64,000 nt of DNA from Lingula anatina (Eukaryota > Animalia > Brachiopoda), in assembly GCA_051362555.1 (NCBI GenBank), contig CM120642.1, positions 33,976,001 to 34,040,000 on the forward strand. Reading direction: 5' to 3'. Position 1 is the first letter of the stretch. The number at the start of each line of letters is the position of its first letter. The translations under genes were made by a program, and so were the position numbers. Positions 1 through 10,726 of the stretch are shown here, one piece after another. Under the pieces are notes generated by a model that saw only the letters and a program-made list of their open reading frames with translations, made no database searches and was not told the DNA's origin.

Positions 1-1490
1 GTGTAAGTTGAGGTTAGAATTTTTTATCTCGCCGTTCTGGCCAAGAGAAAGAACTCAGATGTGTGATTCCTTCCGAACAACTAAGACTTTTTCTACGTCT
101 CATTAACTTTGAATGATTTTGATTAGGCTACTGAAAAAAACTACGCCCCAGATTGTAGTGCTGCAACAGAGAGAGGAGGGGGAGCAATTATGACTAGCAA
201 TTATAATTAATATCGATAAATATCAAATTCTCTTTAACTTAGATGCTTATAAAACTTGCGAAATTTTTATAAAACTTCTGCCTGATTGCTGCACAGGGCG
301 GACTACTGCTTTTACATCTATACGAACAGATAGCTATTCCCGACACCTTTCAAACATATTTTCTTCAACCAAATATTATCCAAAGTATCAGAAGACAAAA
401 AAAATGAGAAAAGAGAAGTGATTTAAAAAAACAACTTTTCCAGCAAATTTTCAAAGAAGTGCCTTGCCTGCTAACAAACTTCTTCGGTAGTAAAATGACT
501 ACAATCACTCCAAAATTTCAACTTAGAACGCGATAATCATCTCAAATCCTTAGCTATCATGTAGATTGCATCTGGCCCTCCATTTCGGATATTTATTGAC
601 ACAATTTGTGGTTACTGTCACCGTCATTCCAGTGTGAAGTGAGAGGTGTGTCACATCGCTATCGCCTGCACCGTTTTTTAACAAAAACACTTTTAAATGC
701 CATATTCCCCGAGTTAAAAATCTGATGCTGTACCACCTATATGATAAGTATATGTTTACCCGGTCGTCAAAGGTGTAAAGACTCGATATATCAGTTTATA
801 TCTTGTTGTCTTTAGAAATAATTGAAGAAAAATGTTGAGAGATAGCAGATTAATTGAATATTTTGATGAACTCTCGATCAATCTGGGGTGCGACCTTACT
901 GCGGTAATTTAATGAAGCGCCTATTAAAGAACTCGAAACAGATGTTCTCATTATACACCCTCATAGATATTCCACTTTGTTACAAAATTTTACTTATAAA
1001 ACTGCTGCGTGAATAATAAAAACATTCATTTTGTCGTTACAAAACGCAAAGTAAAATGATGCTACGACATATTTGATTATGCATTTTAAACATGCAATTC
1101 GTTTAAATTATTCATACCTTATACAAAAAAGGAAATAAAAGAATAGTATAGATATTCATATTTGAAATCCAATTTCAACAACATTTGGCTTAAATTTCAG
1201 ATAACTCTTATTGCCGGTATCATGTTGACAAACATCTTTTGTTTCTGAGGTCTTCAGACTGGATCTGTCCCCCGTGGTTGCAAAGACTAATCTCTCAAAT
1301 CACATCGTATCATTGTTGATACTATGTTTAGGCTAGTTATGGGGCGTCTCTTATCAATAAAAACATTTACGTGGTATATAATCGCAATTACGGTGTAATT
1401 CAGATAAAATTACCAGAATCAGCCGGGGTCGTTAGCGCTATCTTGAAAAGTCAAGCTCTCCACAACATGCAAGGTGATTACTGCAGCAGG

Positions 1491-1497
1491 TATAAAA
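1491..1497 (+). promoter_or_regulatory. TATA box of Gly/Tyr-rich gene 1
   Basis: TATAAAA 100 nt upstream of the ATG at 1591, with an Inr-like TCACAGT about 30 nt downstream. Confidence 0.7.
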
Positions 1498-1590
1498 CAC
1501 CACAACTTTTCCGACTCTTCACTCACAGTCCAAGCCATCCTGCAGACGACACCGAGTTCTATCTTTGCTGTACATCAGATCTTCAACAAG

Positions 1591-1670
1591 ATGATGAAGT
1601 TTGTTGTCCTTGCCCTCCTCGTGGCTGTTGTGTCGGCTACTTACTACAAGCCAACAGCATACAGACGCGG
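1591..1670 (+). CDS. Secreted Gly/Tyr-rich protein 1, exon 1 (signal peptide)
   Basis: CAAG-ATG start. MMKFVVLALLVAVVSA is a typical signal peptide, followed by TYYKPTAYRR. The exon ends GG|GTAAGT (phase-2 donor at 1671). Confidence 0.9.
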
Positions 1671-1859
1671 GTAAGTCGCAGCGTCAGGTTGTCTTTTCTT
1701 TAAATTTTTACTACTTAAACGTTGGACTGTTTTATTTTTGAATTGAGATTAAATTGATGCATGTAGCAAAAATAATGCCAATTTTACAGGAGAAATCGCT
1801 CAAAAAAATCAAAGCCTACTGACTGTACAAACTTAACTCTCCTCCCCTTTTCTTCTTAG

Positions 1860-2094
1860 GTACCGTGGCTACGTCGGGGCCTACGCGGATGGATACAAAG
1901 GTAACTATGGTTACGGCAGATATAGCGGCTATGGGTATAACTACCGTGGAGATGGTTACCGTGGCGTCTACCGTGGAGACGGGTTTAAAGATGGATACTT
2001 CCCAGGTGATGCCGGCTACTATGATGCCGATGGTTACGGCAAAGATTACAGAAATTCCGGCTACGACAGCAAAGGCAAATACTACCCATACTAA
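1860..2094 (+). CDS. Secreted Gly/Tyr-rich protein 1, exon 2 (104 aa in total)
   Basis: Pyrimidine tract ending TCTTCTTAG|G completes the Gly codon. Reads GYRGYVGAYADGYKGNYGYGRYSGYGYNYRGDGYRGVYRGDGFKDGYFPGDAGYYDADGYGKDYRNSGYDSKGKYYPY, then TAA at 2092-2094. AATAAA at 2105-2110. This frame is absent from the ORF track. Confidence 0.9.
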
Positions 2095-3240
2095 GGTAAA
2101 AATGAATAAAAAGGTAAAAAGATTAATTCATTCCATATTTACTCTTTTCGCTGTATCATTGCCTGTCAATTTGGATATCTCATCCAAAATTTGAGTTAGC
2201 TTATGAAAAAAACTTGAGAGCAATTTGAAATTTTGAAATTAAGAAAGGGACTATATTACTTTGATATTAGAATCGTGCCCCATCCCAATTTATGCAGTTT
2301 ATTGAAATATTAGTGGTTAAACCATGCACAAAATTACGAAAACAAGAAACGCAACAACATTGGTCTCTTTCGTACGCCCCTTCATCAAAGCGAGCTACCC
2401 TTGTCATTTTGGAGTATGTTATGATATAAAATAAGATCATTTTCTTTTTTAGTACTTGCGTTACTTCAAAGCATCTTGACGAGAAAATTGCAACATCGTC
2501 TTCATCGATAAAGTCATCATAGCAGTAGGGCATTCAAGTCCACAGCCATCAAGATTTGGCTTTACCGACACCACAGAAATAATAGAAACTTTTTTGTGCG
2601 TTGAAAATGGACCCTTTGGAATCCAAGTTCGTACTGATTGCTCATTATGTAAAATGATCGTCAATGATGTAATAAAATTTATAAACAGTCCAAACGCCGC
2701 TTATTCTTTGATTCATATTTGGCAACATTTGACAAACAAACGTATATTAATAACTACAGCTACAGCGTACTTGATGTGATCAGACTACTGAGACAATACT
2801 AAAAGTTAAGCAACATTCAGTATCAACAACATAACTTGCGGTGTTGCCTGAGTTACCCATCCTATCAAAGATTGCAAGACGCACTCCATGCACTACTCAC
2901 AGGCCAAGAACTGGTATAGATATGGATCACATCGGCAGAACGGTGTTGCAATACAGCCCCTGGCTTGAGAATGAAGTTTACTAAAGAAAAATTCAAAGTA
3001 AAATCAAAAGATGGTATGGAAAGTCGAGATCGTAACAATTGCAAAGATTTATGTATTTCAAAATCCAACCGTGAGGCAGTTGTGTATAATTTTAAACTAT
3101 CATCTATTACTTCATGTAGAAGTCATGTTCAAATAGCATCTCAAACTTTGAATGAGAAATAATATTCCGCGATCTGTTTACCCAAACACGACGCACCGGG
3201 ACCGTGGGGAAACTGAACTTACCGGAAACGTTAAGTGTGA

Positions 3241-3463
3241 AGGCAAGGCCAGACAAATTTAAAATTGGAAAGTTGATTAACGCGCGCAACCGGCCTTTAT
3301 TTTGAAGAAATTGAATATTTTTTGCACTTTTTTTTAAATGGGTAAAATGCATGGATCGTTGATTTGATAAATAAAAAAAATTAAAATAAATTAAAAAAAA
3401 AATAATAACGACCGACCCTTAACATCACTTTAAAAAAAGCTACCGACCCCGTTTACCTTGCCT
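3241..3463. mobile_element. Putative non-autonomous DNA transposon (MITE-like)
   Basis: 8-bp inverted ends AGGCAAGG...CCTTGCCT around an A/T-run-rich interior with CCGACC(GACC)C motifs near the right end. No clear target-site duplication (TSD). Confidence 0.35.
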
Positions 3464-4257
3464 AAAACGAAAAGTTACTTCGTGAAAAGTACTCCATCAA
3501 AGAGAGGCTCGTTATTCAGAATTTTTACCTGAAAGCATCTTTACCTAAATGTATCATTTCTCAATTCCAACACAGTAATTTTTCGTTTAAAAGACAATCC
3601 TTAAACTTCTTCTTTGCGAGTAAGGATGTATTTCAGTATTCTCATAAAACGTATATCTAATAATAACAACAACTGCGTTAGAACGGCAACATATCGGATT
3701 TATTGAGGTTTATTAAAAGGAGACATAAATGACTGTCCTGATAATTACATTATAACCAGCATGTGAAAGAGACAGTGGCTTTATCCTACATCTTAGATCC
3801 CAGGAGCTGTATTCTATACTTTTCAACACCAAGTATAACTGCAGAAGAGTCATCATTTTGATTGCATTTTGATTGCCATCAAACATCTTTGTATTATCTT
3901 CCTTGTCAACCGCTTATGCCATCATTAAACACATAGAGCCGCCTGAAGTAGAAAATATTCATGATTAATTTTACGATTTACATCAAACAGCAACGATTGC
4001 AATAAAATATATTTAAAACCCAACAGCGTTTACAACAGATAATCCAATAAAATTCAAGGGGTCACCTTTCCTGTGACTGCACTGTTAAAAAGGGAACTGA
4101 AGCAGAGTGCATACAAAGAGAGTTTACGACTTGAAATACAACTTGTCATAATTCCTTTATGTTGCTATGGAAATGACCACCAATCGTATTAAATGAATAA
4201 AAAATGAACTTCATTTCACACACAAAATAGTAATTTCGCTGTTGGTCCTACAGACAG

Positions 4258-4289
<32 letters not shown>

Positions 4290-4322
4290 GTGTGTATGTG
4301 TTCTCTCTCAAATTCTCTCTCT

Positions 4323-4363
<41 letters not shown>
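4258..4363. repeat. Compound (CT)n/(TG)n microsatellite
   Basis: Directly visible dinucleotide runs. Confidence 0.95.
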
Positions 4364-4367
<4 letters not shown>

Positions 4368-4871
4368 ATGTATGACTACAGAAAAGACGCGTGCCAGTGG
4401 TCTTCGTCTTGCCCCTGGTAAATCTTTTTTGCATATGATGGCTCTATTAAGCCGCAGACACCACCATGGTGTGATAGGAAGTGAGCCGCGCCAGGCTACC
4501 TCCTGATACATTGCAAATCCGTTCAAGTGTGAAAATATTAATTTTGTAATAACACTGTCACACTCAACTGAAAGCACTTTTTTCAGTAATCGCGGAAATT
4601 ACTGACCGGTAGATCGCGTCCGACGAGTGCTTTATTCATGGCTGCATAATAGTTAAATACTGTAGCTGTTCCATCACATAAAAAGACGCGTGAGGGTTAT
4701 CGTCTACATTTATTTCGGAAACCCGAACGATCAAATAAAAAAAAAATTATTCAAATATCATGTCACGAGCACTATTTTTTTGTTGAAGGTACAGTGAAGT
4801 AGAATTTTTATCTTTACGTGCCTATTCCTAATTCCAAATCCAAATTTACTTTTATATCTCTCAACAACCTT

Positions 4872-4876
<5 letters not shown>

Positions 4877-4922
<46 letters not shown>
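4877..4922. repeat. (CT)n microsatellite just downstream of the gene 2 stop
   Basis: Directly visible. Confidence 0.95.
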
Positions 4923-4926
<4 letters not shown>

Positions 4927-4933
4927 CCATTTA

Positions 4934-5291
4934 TTAATGATAACCGCCGCCATAACCCCCGTCTCCATAGTGACCGTACTCATAGGTCTGGTGGCCATAA
5001 TTTTTGTAGCCACGACTGTACCCATGGCCTTGTCCGTATCCACTGCCGTACCCCCCATATCCACCGCCGTATCCTCTATTTCCACCATATCCACCGCCGT
5101 AACCTCTATTTCCACCATATCCACCGCCGTATCCTCTATTTCCACCATACCCGCCGCCGTACCCACCATATCCGCCGCTGTATCCTCTATTTCTGCCATA
5201 TCCGCCGCCGTACCCACCATGCCCGCCGTATCCGCGTCGCCCGCCACCATATCCTCCGCTGTATCCGTATCCACGTCTGCGGTGCGAACTA
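4934..5291 (-). CDS. Secreted Gly/Tyr-rich protein 2, exon 2 (about 144 aa in total)
   Basis: Acceptor TTTCACTCTAG|T, with in-frame alternatives giving exon starts at 5288 and 5276. Reads SSHRRRGYGYSGGYGGGRRGYGGHGGY...(GYGGNRGYGG)x3...YEYGHYGDGGYGGGYH, then TAA. The 30-nt internal repeat is visible in the DNA. Confidence 0.88.
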
Positions 5292-5486
5292 CTAGAGTGA
5301 AACATAAGAGAACATTACTACACTCTTAATTCAATGTACGACGCAGTTCAGTGGAGCACATGTGAATGGATTAAATGGTATGTGTGTACATGCGCGCCTG
5401 TTTGAGTAAGAAAGAGTGTCGTGCGTTAGAGCGCGCGTGCGTTTTTTTCTTTTTTTTGAGAGAGAGAATGAGAGAAAGAGCGTATA

Positions 5487-5490
<4 letters not shown>

Positions 5491-5526
<36 letters not shown>
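5491..5526. repeat. (AG)n microsatellite in the gene 2 intron
   Basis: Directly visible. Confidence 0.95.
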
Positions 5527-5533
<7 letters not shown>

Positions 5534-5570
5534 AAATTGCCTAGAAATCCTAATGTGACGTATCCCTTAC

Positions 5571-5647
5571 CCTCCAGCTCCCATGGAAACCTCTACTACT
5601 GCCAGGAAAACCACAGCCAGGCAAAGAAACGTCAAAAATCGAGCCAT
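5571..5647 (-). CDS. Secreted Gly/Tyr-rich protein 2, exon 1 (signal peptide)
   Basis: AAA-ATG at 5647. MARFLTFLCLAVVFLAVVEVSMGAG is a hydrophobic signal. The exon ends GG|GTAAGG (phase 2), compatible with exon 2. Confidence 0.88.
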
Positions 5648-5757
5648 TTTGTTATTTGGTTAAGACCAAAATGCCTTCAAATTTCACAGCACCGACACCA
5701 GTATATGGCGCACAGCTTGCGTCAATGTAAAGAGACACGGAGCGATAACGAGACATC

Positions 5758-5765
5758 TTTTTATA
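5758..5765 (-). promoter_or_regulatory. TATA box of Gly/Tyr-rich gene 2
   Basis: TATAAAAA on the minus strand about 115 nt upstream of the ATG at 5647. Confidence 0.7.
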
Positions 5766-8200
5766 CTCTACCGCCGTGTTGTAGTCTCACTTAGATCTCC
5801 CGAGGTGAGTCGTAAAACACCCATTAAGCTGTTACGATGTCCGTTCTAGGTGTTTTAACAAATAAGAAGAATTTCTGGACGAGTAAGGGACGGAAATGGT
5901 TCTATTTACGATTTGGATAAAGACTTTCAAGATGGCCTCACGGCTATATTGAACGATTTCTCCTTTCAGTAAACTCAAAAAAAAAAAAAAAAAAAAAATC
6001 GCCTGGCCTCTCCCTCTTGATACTATTGGTGCTATAAACTTGCATTGTAAAGCAGATATTTTATCGATTAATACGTTTTATTAAATGGAAACTGTTATAA
6101 TTCTAATGAATTTTGCTCCAAATTATTTGGGAATAAACATTAATGCAACTAATTTCAAGATATGCTAATTGTCGATCTCTTAATTTTCTTTGTCTCAGAA
6201 ATGTTAATTTTATCATTTTTTAAAAATATCCATTCACTTTAAAAACTATTTTTCACTGTGTAATTTTGGCTTAAAAACAAAGTCGACAGAGAGCAACTCT
6301 TTTTAATCTAGAGTAACGATAGGTTCTTCGTTTAAATAAAATGATTTCTTATATGTAATGGAGGTAATACATTGCATCGGAGTACGCCAGGCGCTCAATG
6401 CCAACATATTTACGCGATATTCAAAGTAAAATTCACCTAATTCGTTGAGCCCAAGTCAGACAAGTACAATTCATGACAAAATGGTGACAAAATAAAAGTA
6501 CACACATTTGTCCGTGGTATATAGGCTAAACAGGGTATTTATTATTCATAGCAATAGCACACTGAATACAGATAACTATTAGTACGAGATGCACAGTTGT
6601 CTGGTTACTTTTATAACCATGATATGAATTGGGCTTCATAGTTATAAGATAGGCCTAGAAAATATCTCGCTCAAAGTACACGTGTCAGTGTAATCCTGGG
6701 ATAACGGCCACACAACACTTACATGTGAATGCAAATACTAGTTACCGTAGGTTCAGCTACGTATTTTTTTGTGGACATGTACTCTTGACCTGGAAAAAGA
6801 TCCATTATTTTTTAACGAAATCAAATTCCAAACACCTTTGCGACATATAAGCCCAGGGGGCTTATTTAATTTTTGCAGAGTATGTCAAGTGACGTAATTC
6901 AATATCTTGTTAGATGCAGTTGATCACTGTAATTATCAAATTGTAAAAGTAAAGAATTACCCAGGAAAGTATGACGCATGTACGTCATTGTTTCATTCTT
7001 TATATCCTCGTTTAATTTAGCCAATATGTGGATTAGGTACTTCTCATTCTTTATGTCAAATCTATTTAAAAGTCTAAGTTCATTACACATACAGATTTGT
7101 AAAGTTAGTTGTGCAACGAATTTAGTTCTTAATCAATTGAGAATAAGCATTTGCGACTAATTTCAAGATATGCTTATAGTAGAACGCTTGATTTTCTTTT
7201 TCTCAAAAATGCTTATGTTATTATTTTTTCAAAAATTGTAAGGCCTAATTGAAAACATTTCATTGCTCATTAAAGTATATGAAGACAATTGGTTCACTGT
7301 ATCGTTATTCTCGGGATAAGTTACTGAAGATTGCAGACCGAGACTGAAGACAGATCTGCCCCCTGTTGAAACATTCTTGTGGTAATGGAGAGTTCCATTC
7401 CGGTGCGCTTGCTATACTGATCAAGACTGGAGAGTCCGGCACATTGCGCGGAGCTATCTCACCTAACGCATTTTAGTTGCCTGCGCAATCTGTTGACAGT
7501 GTTTGTATTAACGGGTATACCACGCATGTTAGTGCGGTTAAGTGCTTTAATTTCGCTTGTTTGTTTATCCAACTGTAACTTATCGCACGAAAGATATTTT
7601 TGTCTTCGTCTATTATTTTCTAATTAGTGAGGCCCACATATTTGCGTACAGGCTACTGACGGCATATTCCTCGAAATATCCATTATCGTAGGTCAATATT
7701 TAAAAACTTTTTACAAAAATGAAAATTTTAAGATACACCTTACACTGGGAGCCTTTATCGACAACATGATTTTTTTTCAAATTAATGAAAATACTACAAA
7801 GATACTAACACGGCCCCATCTTTTGTCATTTTAGGGTAATTTTTCGACTACCCTGCAATATTACATCTATTAGTCCCAAATTTTTATTTAGTCTTTTTTA
7901 CTTTTTTTTTTTTAATCATTATTCTTTTTTTATCAAACGCCCTTTATATCCGGTCCTCGGTTAACTGGTACTGCGTGGTAGAGGATCCTTACAAAAGATT
8001 TCAGCGATAAATTTCACTATTCATCAAAGTTGCCCGAGCTCTTGGGAAATAGACTTGTTTTTCTATCCTGGTTTAATGACGAGGTTAGTCAGCCACGGCC
8101 CTGCACACCGCACTTAAAACGCCAAATTAAAAAAAAATAGTTCATTAAAAGAAACTCAAAGTTAGGCAACCGTGAATAATATAAATATGTATTTACTTTT

Positions 8201-8670
8201 CCACTTCCGGCGATTGTTCTTGAATTAGTTATATGGATGTAGTCAAGTAAACAACGGTAATCTCAACCATGAAAGAACATGAGATATGTTATTCCAAGTT
8301 TGTTTACACTACCTTGTGACGTCAAAGTTTAGAGTACATTCTAGAAGTAAGCATGCGCAAATACGAATGTTTACGAGGTTCTCCGTAGCGTGCCGAGTGT
8401 AAATGAAGCGCAGGGGTCACCTTCGTCGCGTTCTAACAGCCAAAGGTATCCCTTCAACTTTTTTTACGGGTCACTGCTTATGATTGACATATCGCTGACG
8501 GCATGCCGTGTGGAAAATTTTAGTAAGTGCGTAGAAGGTCCAAAGGTCGACTTTCTATATTAGGAACCCATGTGCCATATATGGCAAATAAGGCGGAGCC
8601 TAGTAAGTCACCTGACATAGCGAACGTCATCACTGACCCGCTGTACTATTTATTCATTCATTCATTCACC
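8201..8670 (+). promoter_or_regulatory. KLF5 proximal promoter: ETS, FOX, CRE, DR1-like and triple CArG cluster
   Basis: CACTTCCGG at 8202-8210; GTAAACA at 8247 and TGTTTAC at 8301 and 8368; TGACGTCA at 8317-8324; GGTCCAAAGGTCG near 8537; CTATATTAGG at 8555-8564; perfect CCATATATGG at 8575-8584; GCAAATAAGG at 8584-8593. CpG-rich and directly upstream of exon 1. Confidence 0.6.
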
Positions 8671-8809
8671 AACTCACAAACAACTGTACTACGACTGACG
8701 GAGCAAGTTATACGTTACTGTTAAAACGCAGTGCCACAAGTCAGTGACTTTATTACCGCAACTGAGAGTGTCCAGGGACCATAATTACCAGACTTTTTAT
8801 CCACATCCG

Positions 8810-8929
8810 ATGGCCGAAACTTTATGTCTTACAGCGGACGTATTTGATGATCAGATCGTACCCGACGTCTCCGACGACTGCTTTCTCCCGCCGCAGGACC
8901 TTCTCCCTGCCACCCCAGCCTCGTGGCAG
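8810..8929 (+). CDS. KLF5: Kruppel-like factor 5-like, exon 1
   Basis: ATG at 8810, 40 codons MAETLCLTADVFDDQIVPDVSDDCFLPPQDLLPATPASWQ, then donor CAG|GTAAGC. Phase 0, which matches exon 2. Confidence 0.75.
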
Positions 8930-10726
8930 GTAAGCACGCTTAGCACCATGATTACAGACATTTCTTATTAATTTATACACTGTTCTTGACAACTTGTGTC
9001 TTTAGGCACGATTTCTTGGGCCGGTGGGTTACTATTATTAATATAAGTCACAGCTTCAGCTTTCACTTCGCTAGGGTCTAGTACGGCTACTGTTATGTAA
9101 TTAGGGGCATTATATAGATAGCACTCAAAGTGAAATTACAGCAGAGGCATTGCAGCAATGTATGGAATGAAGGTATCATCTATCCATGTTGTATATAGGT
9201 AGTTTATTTTAAGATCAAGTTTATAGAATACAATTCAAGGATAACGGTTACCCTCCACAGGGCAAAGCTATTTACTGCAGCCTATTACACACCATTTAAT
9301 TATCTGATATTATCTGATACATTGTTCAGTTATTAACTAGCACGGTGGTCCACAGAAACATTTGGCGGGAATAATTTCGCATCAACATTTCATCATTGAT
9401 TTTTGCTTTAAGTACACCATTACAGTGTGATTACTAAGCACTGAAGGACCTGATATAGTACAGCTAATTCCTCGATTAGTGGTGGACTTCTTTTCAGCCC
9501 AGAAATTGTTTACGAGCTCGATGCCGCTGAGTCACTGTTAAGCGCTACTATCAGCATCATTCATAAATTCATTCACCTAAGATCTAATTATTGACCTCGC
9601 AAATATGAACAGTGAAAGTAAATGAATTCATGTAAATAAGGGAGTTAAACGATGAGGGCTGCTTTAATGCTTACCTGTAACCACCCACGCCGATTAAACT
9701 GTTTAGTAGAACACATTTTATCGTAAACGTTGAAGCACGTTGGGACGGTGAGTGGGCGGACGACGATTTCGCAATACAGTATTAGCGGGGAAACCTCCCA
9801 AGTACTCACGTGTGATAGCGGGATGTATGATCACAAATGAACAAGTGATCTTCTACATGTCCCATCGGTATGAGACTGTTTAGATTAATGGAATACCGAC
9901 GCCAAGGTGAAGATCTACTGGCGGTGGGCCCGAGAAATTAATCGGCGTACTTTCAGGATGTGAGGCGTACCACGTTACCCGAGTTGGCTTCCGTCCAAAT
10001 ATCTCTATATCTGGGACAAAAACAACCATTGTAATTCAAATGCCAGCTTTTATTCGATACGTCTCTTTTCCAAAGAGTCATCTATAAAGAAGTGAATGGA
10101 TCGAATTCATTCGCCCTTGTTGTCTTGAAGGTGATTGTATGACTTTACACACACCATTCAATACTGTAGCACTCAGTCACCGAAATAGAGAAAGCCAATA
10201 ACTCATTTCTAAAAGAAACACTACCATATTATAAATAACAATTATAGAGTATTCGTATCCTAGGGTCTATGTCATTGAAAAAGGGGAGGTTTCGATTTCA
10301 GCTGCGTAGAGGAGAAAACAACAACCTTGATTTCTGACACGTACTAAAACGTGAGCTCAGAGTAAATATAGATCGAGTTCCCGATGACGTCCCTCTGCGT
10401 CGCAAACATCGTCAAAGCCACTGCGTAGTAGTTTACAGTAAAGTTTATAGAGGGCTCATCGGCCTCAGCAGAGATACAGCGGTGAATGTAGCATTAAAGG
10501 TTGTTTACCAGCCCGGCGGTACCTTATTATTAAGTGATGGTGTTTTGATGAAATGCATATCATCACAATAAATCATAGAGTCCCGTAGATAACATATCAT
10601 TATAGCCAGCTCAAGTCTTCTCAAAGACTGAGGTGTTTGAAATCAGTTAAGATATTCTACTTTTTATCATATTTTCCACTTTTCTTCATATTTTTACCAT
10701 ATTCATAATGTATCTCATCTTTTTAG

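Noticed and set aside
1371-1703. 110-aa ORF over gene 1 exon 1
   Set aside because: GTG start upstream of the TATA box, reads through the donor, and has no recognisable features.
1865-2194. 109-aa Met/Thr/Val-rich ORF
   Set aside because: Alternative-frame shadow of the Gly/Tyr exon. The splice phase selects the GY frame.
4861-5329. ORFs 4861-5274 (-) and 4937-5329 (+) with repetitive peptides
   Set aside because: Frame and antisense shadows of the GGY repeat. One runs into the (GA)n microsatellite.
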